Shown one piece after another: positions 39,166 through 50,935 of a stretch of 64,000 bases of DNA. Numbering within the stretch: position 1 is the first letter of the stretch; each line of letters opens with the position of its first letter. The position numbers and the translations under genes are program-made. Source of the DNA: Camelus ferus (taxonomy: Eukaryota). The stretch is taken from assembly GCF_009834535.1 (NCBI RefSeq), contig NC_045696.1, positions 109,432,001 through 109,496,000 of the forward strand, read 5' to 3'. The notes below the pieces were generated by a model. That model did no database searches. It had not been told where the DNA came from and saw only the letters and a list, made by a program, of their open reading frames with translations.

Positions 39166-39666
39166 GGGGCCACGGCCAAGCAGCAGCCTTTGCTGTGTTT
39201 TGAGGCTCCAAGGTGGAATAGGGTGTGTGTGAACTTCAGCCGAGGTCAGAGCTGTGAGATCCAGGTACAGTGGTCAGGGCAGGACTTGACCAGGAGCAGC
39301 CTCCCCGACACCCTTCCAGGGATTGGTTTGGTCTCAATTCTGAACATGGTACTTGGGGAAAACTGCTATGTGACCAAATGATTCCTTCTTTCTTTTTCCA
39401 GAAAGTTTATTGTATTTGCTCCATCCTACAGTAATGTTTATCATAGTAGTGCAAAAAATGTAGGAAAAGATGAGATTAAAAAACCTCTCACATTTCTACC
39501 ACAGAAAGGATTCTTTTTATTATATTTTCTCTTAGTCTTAAAAAAATTCTATGCATCAGATTTTGGAAAAACATAATTGCAAGTATTTTGTGTGTGTGTG
39601 TGTGATCTATGAGTTTGTTTGTCCTACTTTCTATTTCACATCATGACATAGTGTTTTCCTCATTAA

Positions 39667-39796
39667 TTTTGTTTGTTTGTTTTTTTCGGGGGGGAAGGAT
39701 TAGATTTTTATTTATTTAATGGAGGTACCAGGAATTGAACCCGGGATCTCGTGCATGCTAGGCATGTGCTCTACCACTGAGCTGTACCCTCCCTCC
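39667..39796 (-). mobile_element. Vic-1-type camelid tRNA-Ala-derived SINE
   Basis: Minus strand GGAGGGAGGGTACAGCTCAGTGGTAGAGCACATGCCTAGCATGCACGAGATCCCGGGTTCAATTCCTGGTACCTCCATTAAATAAATAAAAATCTAATCC...; A and B boxes recognisable; imperfect TSD ttttcctcattaat / tttccctcatgatt. Confidence 0.88.
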
Positions 39797-41660
39797 ATTT
39801 CCCTCATGATTACAGATTCTTTGGGAGCATGATTTTTAGTGACCATCACACCCATGGAGCTATTTCTCCACATGTTTTCGGAGCCCTCTGCAGCTTGGCC
39901 ATCTCCCCGGGGTGCTGGTCAGTCCTGCCTCCGCCCTTGTGTCCAGCCGCCAAGGCCCAAGTCCAGCACAGCATTCGTGGCTCCTTGGCACGTGAGACCC
40001 AGCAGAAGGACAAGATCTGTGCTCAGAAGACGCGGGTGCCGGGCCATGCTCACCTCTCACCTTAGTTCCTCGTCTTTAAAGAGGGTAGTAACAATCAGGC
40101 CTGCCTGGTACAGCAGCTTTGAGGTGAAGTGAGAGCCTGGCTCTGAGGCCGCTCTGGGAATTGCCCGGTGTTGTCCAAACCTCAGTTTATTGGATTCATC
40201 AGGGCCCTTCACATGCCAGCAACAGGAAATCCAGCCCAACAAAACTGAAATTGGCTCATGGAATTGCAAAGGCCAGATGCTGAGGCCGGAAGGGCACAGT
40301 CACCGGCCTCAGTGACCTCTGTCCCACAATCCTGCTCCCTGGTGCAGATTGTCCCAAGATGCCGGAGACCCCCACACTGAGGGAGATTCTCCAACTGTGG
40401 CAGCCTCCTGGGAGGGAGAGAGCATGCTGTCCTGACTGTGCCCCAGCAGAGTACCTGGCCCCATGTCCTCCCACTCTGGGGGGTCAGCCCCCCAACCATA
40501 TAGCCTAAGAGCAAGGAGGGGTGGTACCCCAAAGGAAGGTCAGGACAAATCCAGAGAGAGGCCATCATTCTTACTGCTGTGGCCAGAGCGAGGTTCTCAG
40601 AGCAGAAGTCCCTGTGAGACAGTCCCCACTACACCTCGGTGAGGGAGCTGTGGACTCCCCAGCGTTGGGTTCGAATCCCCCTGGCCAGCGTCCTCGGCCT
40701 TCCCCTGCTGGCTGCGCAGGAATGCATTCACGGCTTTACTGGGCAGTAAAGAGAGTCAATATCTCTTCTGATTCCCCAGCAAGGGGCCACACCCCCCGGC
40801 CCTCCCGCCCTGTGACCCATGAACAGGGAGGAGGCCTGACTTCCAGTGACCTCATCAGGTGACTCATCATGGCCCAGGGCGTGTTAGGGACCCCAGCTCA
40901 GGCAAAGGGCCCCACAGCGCTTTCGAGGCCCCAAAGTTTACAGCTTCGGAAGCAGAGGTGCTGATGCTTTGGGGCAGGGCCGGGGCAGAGGCGGAATGGG
41001 TGACTGTCAGAGCAGCCACTGGCCGCCATAGGCTCAGGTCCGGGAGCTGGGGAGGCCAAGCTCTGTCCTACGAAGCGCCTCCCACCAGTTCCTCAGGCCT
41101 GAGTGGGGAGGGGCGGCTCTGCTCCTGCTGTCTCCCAGGTGGCATCCTGCTATCTGCGCTTGTGTTTGTACTTGTTCCCTGCCCCGAAGGCTCACAGTCC
41201 ACCTGATACGGGGTCACTCCAAACAGTGCCGGAGGGTGTGTGCGCAGCCAGGCAGGACCCAGAAAACCCTTGGGAGCTGTGCAGAGTGAGAGGGAAGGAA
41301 ACAGGGAGCCCGAGGCCTTCCCGGTGAGGAGGCCACAGACCTGAACAAATGCAGGAGGTGGAGATATGGGTCAAGAAGCAAGACTGATGAAACAGTAGAT
41401 TCCTTCCAGAAGCGAGGTGAGAGCATGGAGCTAGACCTTGACCCACAGCCAGGGAGATAGGGCACAGGGCAGGTTCCAGGTGCCCCAGAGGGGTGATCAC
41501 AGGCATACAGGCCACGTGGGAACTTTAGGACAAGGAAAAGGTGCTTAGCTCACCCTCGTCATTGGGGCTTCTGTGGGCTGACCCTGCCATGGACAGGTGT
41601 GAAGGTTCAGGAGAGGGCAGGGGGAGGGAGGGGCACCTCTGAGCAGGAAATGCCTGGGTG

Positions 41661-41661
41661 G

Positions 41662-41701
<40 letters not shown>
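41661..41701. repeat. (GT)n microsatellite: (GT)3 GC (GT)16 G
   Basis: Direct reading. Confidence 0.95.
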
Positions 41702-41704
<3 letters not shown>

Positions 41705-44009
41705 CAGCCATGACAGGGCCCAGGCTGTGGGCTCCCAGGCAAGGGGGTAGAGTTCTAGGGCTGGGACTGGGACGCCCAGCCTCTCCTGGTGCACACAGAG
41801 AAAGTCTCGGGGAGGAGAGGGGAGATGGGGCCTGGGAGGAGGCCTAAGCCTGCAGTTCCCCTCCTACACCTCAACATTAGGGAGGATGTGGCTCCAGCTA
41901 AGCTTCCTTGGGGACAGGTAGGCTTGGGCCCTGCTTGCCGCCACCCCGCGGTGCCCCTCATTCCTTCAAGCCACCTCTGGCCTGGGGTCACAGGTGACAG
42001 CGTCCCAGACTCAGCTTCCTTAGAGGGGGCTGGATTCAGTGTCTGCCAGTCTCCACTGAGCAGAAGCCTCTGGGGAGACATTGATGGAGAAGTAGGCCTT
42101 CTAAGGAGAAAAGCAGGGAACAGCTGAGGAGGGAACAGGGGACCACTGCTGAGCTTGCAGAAAACAACAGTAATAATGTGACCATTATCGAGTGAGCCCA
42201 ACCCACTCTTGACACGGCTCTAAGAGGCAAGTGCTGCACAGAGAGGTTAAGCAACTTGCCTTAGGTGACACAGCCTAAGCTGACAGAGCAGGAAGAGTGA
42301 AAGAAGATAAGCCCTCTTTGGACTGTGAAGTCTGAGGCCTCGACCCTACAGGTGAGGAATCCAGCTGTCCCCAGGAAGGTGCCCACACAAGGCCTCTGAT
42401 CTACGGTTCCTCCTGCAGAACTTGGGGGCGGGGAAGGACAGAGTTTCAGATCGAGGCAGCCACACTGCATGGCACGCTTGGATCAGCCCTGAGCTGACTG
42501 AGTTCCAGGGCTTTGTCTGGGTAGTTGGGGACCAGGAAGACCCCAGGGAGTCCCCAGAGCCTGGGGGTGCTTTACAGCCCAATAGTCATGCTCTTCCCCC
42601 TGGGGCCAGCCTTCCTCTACAGGGGTGGAGGGCGGGGGGGTGGGTGATGTCACCGGTGAGGAAGAAGGGACCAAGTGGGAGAAATACAGCTCGAGGAATG
42701 ATTTTGAACATCGTAGAGAAAAATACCTAAAGGTGTTCAAATTACACTGCTGGCAGTCAGTCCCCAAGCAAAGAACTGTTGGCAGAAGGTTATCCGTCAA
42801 GTCCCTGTCGATAAAAGACAAAAGTTAGAGACATCCCTGACATTCAAGAGCAGCAGAGGACTTAAATAACTCCTGGTCGCCCTTGCAGCCACTCTGAGAG
42901 ATGGTGACAAGCCCTTCTCAACGTGAAAAGGTACTAATTGCAAAGAGTAGGAGACAAATGCTATACTGAGATTTTTCCAAGTGAAATACAGGCTTATGGA
43001 AAAGAAATAGGAAAAATAGAAAACTCGGTAAAGTTTTACTAGTGTGTGGAATGACGGGTGGAGTAGAGTTCAAACACAGTTAAATTATTTTTGAAAGACT
43101 ATAATACAAAGATTAACGAACGGTTCAAAAACAAGCGTCATGGCAAAGAGACAAAGCACTGGTTTTCTGGTTACTTGGCAACATCCAAATGACAGGACCC
43201 ATGGTGCCCCGGGCCCACACGTGGCCAAGGAAGCCAGCGGTGCTTGCCCAATGCGTGACCCCAGGTGAGGGCCCAGCCCTGCAGGGGTGGCCGACGGCCA
43301 CACAGGCAGATGGCCTGGGATAAGCACCGCAGATACAACCCGAACCCCAGGCGGGTGGAGTGTAGAGGTGGGGCAGGGCGGGGGGCCCCTCAATCCCGGA
43401 GAGGAGGCCGGCAGCTGAGGGGCCCGACGTTGGAGGGGCGCAGGGCCAGATGTGTGGGGATCTCTCCTTTTCCTGCCCCTGCTATGCCTCCTGTCAAAGC
43501 AGTGAGTGGCCTGCCCTAGATGAGACCCGGAGCTGGAAGAGGACACCAGGCCTTGAGAAGTCCTTTCTGGAAGAGCGTGGACATCCCATCTGTGCGCCCC
43601 GCCCTCTGTACCTCGAGTTACGTGCTGAGAAGCTGGGGTTCTGCCCCTCCCCCTCCTCGCCGCCTTTTCTCCAGGGGAGAAGAGGGCACAGTCAGCCCCG
43701 CGGGGGGCCCAGCATCCCAGTGGCTGAGAGGAGGACGCGCAGCAGGTGCAACAGGAGGGAAGGTGCTCGAGAGGGCAGAGTGTGACAGAGGGCTGTCAGA
43801 GCAGGATCCGGGAGGGTCCCGGCGGCTCCAGGCTGTGTGCAGACCCCACTTGGGGAGAGCACTCCAGGCTGGGTGTGCTGCTGGCAGTGGAGGCTCCAGG
43901 GGTAAGGGACGTGTGAGGCTCAAGGTGGGCTTCAGACCCCTGAAGGGCAATGTGGTGGAGGGCGCACTTGGCTTCCTACATGCTGCGGTGCCATCTCTGA
44001 GTAGAGGTT

Positions 44010-44230
44010 CCCAGGAGCTGAGATTCTGCACCAGGACGCAGGAGGTTTAAATCCTGGCTCTACCACTGTAGCTGTGTGGCCTTGAGCAAGTTACTTCACC
44101 TCTCTGTGCCTCAGTGTCTCCAAATATAAAATGGCACTAATCAAAGGAACCCTTCTCACTGGGTTGTTTTGAGGATTAAGTGAATCAGCACTGTGCCAGT
44201 GCCAGGAAAGGACTGTCAACACTGTGTGTT
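44010..44230 (+). mobile_element. MIR SINE
   Basis: gtttaaatcctggctctaccactgtagctgtgtggccttgagcaagttacttcacctctctgtgcctcagtgtctcc...gggttgttttgaggattaagtga. Confidence 0.9.
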
Positions 44231-44879
44231 TGTGCAATAAAGATATAAACTAGTGCCCAGGGTGGCCCACAGGAGAGCAGGCTGTTCCACCAGTGACAGT
44301 GACAAAGTGGTGGAGCATGTGGCTGCAGAGGTGCCCTCCACCTCTGGTGGGGTGTATTGGTCACGTTGGCCAGGCCCTCCCCCCACAACCTTGGCACACT
44401 AGGAGCTGGGTGACCACAGTTAATTCATGATCACACATGAGTTCCAATTGTCAGCAGACCTTCATCAGCTGCTGCAGGAGTGGTGGGTGTGGTCCAGGGA
44501 CTGATAAACACACAGAGGGGGCCCTAGTGACGGCAAGACTGGCCATGTGAAGACTCCAGGGGGCAGAAGGGAGGGTTCTCCCCCTTCCCCCCACCATGGA
44601 ATGCAGGCATCGGGGGTTGACAGAGACCGTGAGAGCCTGGAGGCCTCAGGAGCAGTGAGGCCTTCCCTAGTCACTGGGTCTTTCTGGAATTCATTTTAGC
44701 TCAATTCCATTTCATAAGCATTTTTTAAAGCAACAGGATATGCTGGGCCAAGTGGGGAACACAAAGAGAATCAGCACAGAATCTTTATCCCAGGGAGCTC
44801 ACAGCTGACTTGGAGGAAGAGACATGGGTGTCCTTACCACCATCAATCCTGACAACCACCAGGGCAAGGGCAGCTCCCC

Positions 44880-45085
44880 ACACCAAGACCTCTGATGTAC
44901 TAGGAACTCTAGGCACCACCTCACACACACTTCATAGCCGCCCCAGGAGGGGGACGCTGGTATCTCTGACTTAATGAGAAGAAACAGAGATGCTGAGAGG
45001 TTAAACAGACCAGATAAAGTGACACAGATGACGTGAAGGTGGTGGCATCTGTGTCTGATTCCGGGGTCTGTGTCCTTAGCAACAT
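44880..45085 (-). mobile_element. MIR SINE
   Basis: gaagaaacagagatgctgagaggttaaacagaccagataaagtgacacag resembles antisense MIR core. Confidence 0.55.
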
Positions 45086-45439
45086 GTATGGTCTTCACTG
45101 AGACTGGTAATAATAAGGGCAGGAATGCATGGTGCGTGTTAGCCAAGAGCCTCGAGTCTTAGTTTATTCATCTGTAACATGGGCATAATGATCTCTGTTT
45201 CCTGAGTGACAAGGGATACCGTACGTGATAGGTTCTACTGTTGTTCTGGGGGCCCAGAACAGATGTAGTAACAGGAGCTGCTCTTGAAGGGTAGAAATCA
45301 AGTGCTAGGAGGCAGGCAGCACAGGAGGGGGCCAGCGTGAGCAAAAGCCTGGAGGGCTTTGCAGCTGCTCCAGCTTCAGGCCAAAAGGAAGCCTGGGAAG
45401 TTTGGGGAGGGCCAGAGCTGCTCAGCTCCTTTACCTTCC

Positions 45440-46632
45440 TCCTTCCTTCTGCACCCAATGGGCAAGTTACTGCTGGCCTCTGTTTGCACTTTCTCCCTTC
45501 CAGCTCCTCCTTAGCCCATGTAGTCTGGCCTCTGCTCACATCACCCACTGGAAACACTCTTGCCAAGGTTCTCACTGCCAGCCTTCCTCAGCATCCTAGG
45601 GTGCTTCTGACCTCCTCCTTGAAACACTGCCCTGGGCTCTATCGACACCCACTCCCGGGATTACTTCCCTCCGTGCTGGACTCTTCCCCTCTGTCTCGTC
45701 TGTTGGCTCCAAGCCCTGTGCCACCTGGGTGTTGTTGTGGCTGGTCCTGGACCAACTTCTCCAACTCATTCTTGTTGGGACATTCCTCCGTTCTCGAGGC
45801 TTACCCATTGCCTTCATGTAAGAGGTTGGAGCCCCGATCTCCAGCCCAGCATCTGCCCTGAACTGGATCCCCGACACTAATCTGCCTGCTGGATGCGCTG
45901 CCTGCATGTGCTCTAGGTAGTCTGAACTCAGAATGCACCTAGGGGGACTCACTGCGTTCCCTGGGTCCCCTCAGCCAGTAGTTGGCGTCACCAATGCAGG
46001 TTGCCCAAGTTAGACCCTGGGAGTCATCCCTAACATCTCCCCCACTGACACTGGGAGGCCATTTCCTTTCAATGTCTCTTGGGCCTTCCTCTCCTCCCCA
46101 GAACCATCCTCACTGCCGCAGAGCTCCTGGGATTCCTTCCCCCGACTGCCCCCCTGTACTCTGGCCCAGCTGCCAGAGAGGCCCACATAAAATACAAACC
46201 GGCCCAGGTCACCCTCTGTTCGGAAGCCTTTAAAGGCTCTCCATTATGTTGGGGATAAGACCTACACTTTGCGTGCTACTCAGTATTCCAATTTCTTCAC
46301 CGCAGACCTTCCCACTGTCCCCAGGTCTTATGCTCCAGCCAGAATGAAATTGGAGCAGATTTACCCTCTTTTACCCTAATCCTTCTAATCCTTCTAGGTC
46401 CTAGAGCTCACTTTAAAACTCACCTCCTCCAGGAGGTCTTCCTGCTGCCCCAGGATAAGTTGGGACCCCTCTTCTGTGTTCCCATAACAGGCACGCACAA
46501 TAGCACACCGACGCTTTGTCTCCTAGCTCCCCATAGAGTCTTTGAAGACTTTGAGACCATAGAGTCTTTGAAGTCAGGGGCTGTCCTGGTGCTTTGTTTT
46601 TCTAGGGTGCTGAGAAACATTTGTTGAAATCA
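45440..46632 (+). mobile_element. L2 LINE remnant
   Basis: cccactggaaacactcttgccaaggt...ctcctccttgaaacact...cacctcctccaggaggtcttcctg...aaacatttgttgaa. Confidence 0.75.
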
Positions 46633-46719
46633 AAGGATCTGGGGAGAGTCTTGGAAACAGATTGTGGGGGTGCTCCTTCCCCGAAATGGGTTACTCTACG
46701 TGCAGACAGTGAGAGGGAG

Positions 46720-47100
46720 CAGCCAGAGGGTTAACTCCACTTCTTAGCCTCCTTCATGGAGGGTAGCCCGGTGACCCAGTTTGGGCCAACAAGGCTCAAG
46801 GAAAAGTTGCTGAGCATGCACGGGAGAGATCTGCTTCCCTAATGTGAGCATGGCGCTTCCTGTTTCCTGTCTTCCACTCCCCCCCTGGAATTAGGAGAGG
46901 AGGCTGGCGGCGGAGTAGCCATCTTGTGATGAAGAGCCAGCCATGAGGACCAGAGCCACACACTAAGGAATCCTGAAGGGACCTAGGTCCTGACACCTGC
47001 ACTACCGACTAGCAGGCTTCTTACTATAAAAAGACAAGTTAAGTCTCATTAAAGCCCCAGCTTTGGTTGATCCTCCATTGCATTTAGCTGAACTGCCCCT
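46720..47100 (+). mobile_element. LTR16/LTR33-like ERVL LTR
   Basis: gtgacccagtttgggccaa...gaggctggcggcggagtagccatcttgtgatgaagag...ctaggtcctga. Confidence 0.5.
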
Positions 47101-47399
47101 AGAAAAGGCAGAGGATGGTAGATAACCATCTGTGAGCATTTGTGAATAGGCCTTTCCTTTAAAGATGATACTGGTCCTGACACTGGGCAAGGTTCATGGG
47201 GCAGGACAAGGTGAGGGCTGGAGAGGCTGATCCTCCCTGGGGTTCTATCAGAGGACCACAGCCAGGCCTCATGCAGAGTTTGAGGGAGGCTCCAGTCACA
47301 GTGGCTCTAATGTGACCATGACCTTGGCCTGGGTGTTCTCTGGTCTCTACTTAGTTTCACTTGTGAAATGAGGCTGCTGGAATAGATAACTTTTCAAAG

Positions 47400-47640
47400 A
47401 GCACAGGGCTGCAAATTTGGGCTTTGGAGTCAGGTGAAGCTGGGTTCGTGTTCCAGCTCCATCACTTACTAGCTGTGTGGCTTTCAGTCGCTGTTTTTGG
47501 TTGACTTCATCATCATCTGTAAAATCCAGATTGTAATAGTGCCTATAACTGTTGGGCTAACACTGGGGTTCTGTGGAATCACGCATGCGCGTTCCAGCAG
47601 ACTGCCTGGCACGACCCGCCATGGCTGTTACAGCCTAGTG
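47400..47640 (+). mobile_element. MIR SINE
   Basis: gggctttggagtcagg...ctgggttcgtgttccagctccatcacttactagctgtgtg...catctgtaaaat...taatagtgccta. Confidence 0.85.
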
Positions 47641-49157
47641 CCCAGCGCGCACCGCGTGCTCTGCGGGGGCAGCCACCCTTGTGTGTAAGTCCTCTAAGAT
47701 GGCACACTGGTGCCTGCAGTTGCACGCCTACTCTAGATTTGTGGCTGCTACAGGGCTCTGGAAAGCCTCTCTGGATGCCCCTTGCTCTGTGGGTGGGTGG
47801 AGCGGCCTAAGGCCACCCAGTGTCCAATGGCTTTTCCTCCAGCACTGCATGCTGTTAAGACTCCTTGGACACAGGGTAGAAAGGAGAAGCCCCTGGACAG
47901 CCCAGCATAGGCCTGGAAAGGCATCACACCATGGGTAGAAATAAGAAACCTACGTGGTCCATCTGTTTTGTGGCCCCGTCTTAGCCAAATCTTCCTGAGT
48001 ATGGAGGGGCATCTTTTCCTGGGAATAGCAGAGGGGCGGGGGCTTGCAGCGGTTGGCTCTGCAGGGAATTGCAGGAATTAGGGAGATGGAAAACTATGTC
48101 CAGAACTGGATTTCTTATTGCAACTGCTTTTGGCAGAAAGTTTTTATCCTTCTCTCAAAAGTCTCACCTTCCTTCTCTTTTCTGCACTACGAATCCTGGT
48201 GGAAAAAAATCTTGGGGAAAAAAATTAAGGGGCTATTCTATTCCAGCCCTGAGAAGGAGATCAGATCAGTGGGGTGGGAGGCGGGGGTAGGGGTAGATCC
48301 CGTTTTTTCACGGGGGCCTCCCTCCCCCTCTTTCCTCTCCCCCTTCCTCCCCACCACAACACTCCAGGCCAGACCCAGCCACGCTGACACTTGACAGCAC
48401 CTCCAGTTTACCTTGGCTCTGGTCCAGAGAGTTCAGACCCAGCCCCGGGCAGGCCCCCACCTCTCCACCTTTGTTACCCAGCCCCTCTCCAGCGCAAAGA
48501 GCAGTTTAAATATAAATCAGTCCTCGACACAGAGCCTCCTCGAGTCTCAAAGCCATCACCGGAACTGAGAGCCCAGGTTTTCGGCGAGTGCAAACAAGCA
48601 GAGACCGGCTCCGTAAATCTCCCAGGGCGCGTCGGGAGGGGCGCGGAGGCTCCCCTTCCCTTCAGAATCGTCGGTTCTTCTTCAACCCTCCGGGCTCCCG
48701 TTGGCCCCTCCAGCGTCCCTCGCTCCCCTCCCTATTGCTCCCGCAGCCGAAGCCCTGTGCCGATCCCTGCTCCGGTCCCCTCGAGTCTCCCGACACGCTG
48801 CAGCCACCCCGCCCCGCCGGCGCCTCTGGCGCCCCTTTGCTCTTCAGTCTCCCGCCCCCTCCCGCCCCCTCCCACAGACCGCCCCCTCCCACAGGCCGTC
48901 CCCTCCCCGGGCCCGCCACCTCCCGCCCCCACCCTCCGGCGGGCGGGACCTTCTCCCGCGGCGGTCGAGCCCTGCAGGTCCCAGCGGGGTGCGGGCGCGG
49001 AGACTACCCCGGCCGGAACGAGGTCAAGCGCGGCGGGCCGCAGCGTCACACCTGTCTGAGGGGGCGGCGGTGGCGGCGGCGGTGACGGCGGGGCGGGGGC
49101 TCGCAGCGCCCTTGACACCCGAGGAAAAGAGGGAGGAGGGAGCCCGCGTTTCATCAT

Positions 49158-49175
49158 CGGCGGCGGCGGCGGCGG
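49158..49175 (+). repeat. (CGG)6 tract just upstream of the TATA box
   Basis: Direct reading: tcat(cgg)6ccacttataaaa. Confidence 0.9.
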
Positions 49176-49180
49176 CCACT

Positions 49181-49217
49181 TATAAAACTTCTGGGCGCGC
49201 ACCCTCGCGCTCAGACT
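49181..49217 (+). promoter_or_regulatory. Core promoter: TATA box plus initiator; predicted TSS near 49213
   Basis: TATAAAA at 49181-49187; TCAGACT at 49211-49217 fits YYANWYY with the A 32 nt after the first T of TATA; no ATG between there and 49336. Confidence 0.75.
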
Positions 49218-49335
49218 CCGCGCTGCGTGCCTCCTCCAGCCACCGCCGCTGCGCCCGCCACCCGCCGGCTGCCCGCCCAGCCAAGCGCCCCGGCCCCGCT
49301 CGCCTAGCCTCCTGCCCCGCGCTGCCGCCACCACC

Positions 49336-49434
49336 ATGGGGCTACTGCCCGAGTCCAGCGAGCGCCAGGGCAGCGGCGGCGCCTCTGCGGACCGAGCCGG
49401 CCGCTGTCCCCGCTCTATCTTCAGCAACATTAAG
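49336..49434 (+). CDS. SLCO2A1: First coding exon of solute carrier organic anion transporter 2A1 (prostaglandin transporter); partial CDS, 33 codons, phase-0 donor
   Basis: Strong Kozak gccgccaccaccATGG; translation MGLLPESSERQGSGGASADRAGRCPRSIFSNIK resembles the human PGT N-terminus as I recall it ([32 protein letters not shown]); ends at canonical donor AAG|GTGAGC at the equivalent position; lies in a CpG island downstream of TATA/Inr. Confidence 0.96.
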
Positions 49435-50764
49435 GTGAGCGGAGAACCCGGGCCATCTGGGCAGGAGTCGCTCCGGGCGCACCTTCGGAGGAGCCCCGGC
49501 GTCTGCTGAGGGTGCTCAAGAAGCGCTGGGGGCGCGGGCTTCCACCCTTGCGGTCCGTCCGTCGGTGCGGCGCTCCAGGACGCGTCCCCGCCGGCCCCGC
49601 ACCGCGGGAGAGGGGTGCTTGGACAGGCAAGCGCGTGCTGGGCGTGTGCGAGTGCCTGTGTATGTGCATGTGTGCTTGTGTGTGTCTGTGCGTGCGCGAC
49701 TGTGTGCGCGCGTTCACACGCCCGTGTCAGGGGAATAAACAGAGCGATGAAAGTACCTGCTTACTGGGCCAACTCTATTCAGATAGTTCTGGCACTAGCC
49801 GAGTCCTGTTCTTTGATTGAAAAAGAACATCTGGCGGGCACCTTTTTTGGTCTGCTGTGGGCAGTTAACTTCGTTAAGGGAGTGGGCTTGGGGACGCCTG
49901 GTCTGGCGCCCTTTAGCGGACGGGCTGTGGTCCCTCCCAGATGAAGGAGATTAGAGCCCATCTCATCCTGGGTAGGTGCCAGAAGGGCTGTTCTCCTTCC
50001 CCAGGCTTTTGTCTTCCCCAAGGGCAGCATCGCGTGGGCTTTGCTACTTGGACACGCTGCCACCTGCAATGTTGAAAATTCCCCGGAGGCTGGCAACCAT
50101 CCCTGCAGCGCTGGGACCAGCCTTCCTGGTCCAGAACTGGACCCCGAAAGGCAGCGGGCCCTCACAGTAGATTCAGTAAAGTCTAGGCAGGTGCCTCTTG
50201 TGTGGCAGGGTATGGGGAGTTGGTGAAGAAAAGATGGGGTAGGCAGCTGTATGTTGAGGATGCTTTCCTCCCACGGGGTCAGGACTGCTTTCCATCCCCT
50301 CACAGGTCCAGGAGGACCCGACTGGTTGAGTCCACACTCGGGTTTTGTTGCCTAATGTTCTCCCTGTGGTGAGGATGTGGGAGGTTGTTGAGCTCATGTC
50401 AGGGCTCCTTGGAGTCGAGGCAGGTGATTATGGTGCAGAAAAGCTATTTCCCACAACCATGCCATCAGATGGGGCTAGGTAAAGCCTGCAGTGGTGCAGT
50501 TAAGGGGAACCCAGATCACACAAAGGAAAAATGGGGGTCTCTGTGGGCTGGTTATGTGTGTCCAAAAGAAAGGGATCTGGATGTCACAGTGCAGCCCACC
50601 TATGTACTTACTCAGATTATTAGCAGTAGAGCTGGGATCGCCACTCCTGCTTCTGCTCTTTCCCCACACCTCAGTAAGCAAAGGCTGAATTGATTCTATG
50701 ATTGGATAGAAATAAGACAGAAATTTTGAGATAGCTTAAAATAATCTTCAAATCTCCTCACCCT

Positions 50765-50935
50765 TGGCCAGACCCTGCTAAGAACACTGTGTGTGGTTCT
50801 GGTCCCACCATTTAAAAGAGCTTAGGGAAGTTTCAGCAGAGAGCTGTTAAAAATTTGGTGTTTGTCTGGAATTGGGAGCAAAAGGTAGGAGCAACTGTTG
50901 GGTGGTCTGAAGAGAGAAAGTCTCAGGATGGAGCG
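50765..50935 (+). mobile_element. L3/CR1 fragment
   Basis: gccagacc...actgtgtgtggttctggtcccaccatttaaaagag...ctgaagagagaaagtctcagg resembles the CR1 3' ORF2 region. Confidence 0.45.

Larger units (their letters stand above)
48400..49950. promoter_or_regulatory. CpG island / SLCO2A1 promoter
   Basis: Visibly high GC and CpG density against CpG-poor flanks; many GC boxes (CCCGCCCC, GGGGCGGGG); spans exon 1. Boundaries judged by eye. Confidence 0.92.

Noticed and set aside
39724..39796. tRNA-Ala gene
   Set aside because: The tRNA-like head runs into the Vic-1 body and A-rich tail with TSD-like flanks, so it is a SINE.
39839..40132. Possible SLCO2A1-like coding fragment (SSSLK...YSSF)
   Set aside because: Only superficial similarity; upstream of exon 1 with no convincing alignment or splice sites.
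46531..46573. 17-bp direct repeat CCATAGAGTCTTTGAAG, and similar short tandem copies near 3070, 14380 and 15755
   Set aside because: Two-copy slippage-scale duplications, common in mammalian DNA; no further structure.
48391..49438. Long overlapping ORFs in the CpG island (222, 245 and 232 aa)
   Set aside because: Low-complexity Pro/Ala/Arg/Gly translations expected from stop-poor GC-rich DNA; non-ATG starts; not the SLCO2A1 reading frame at exon 1.
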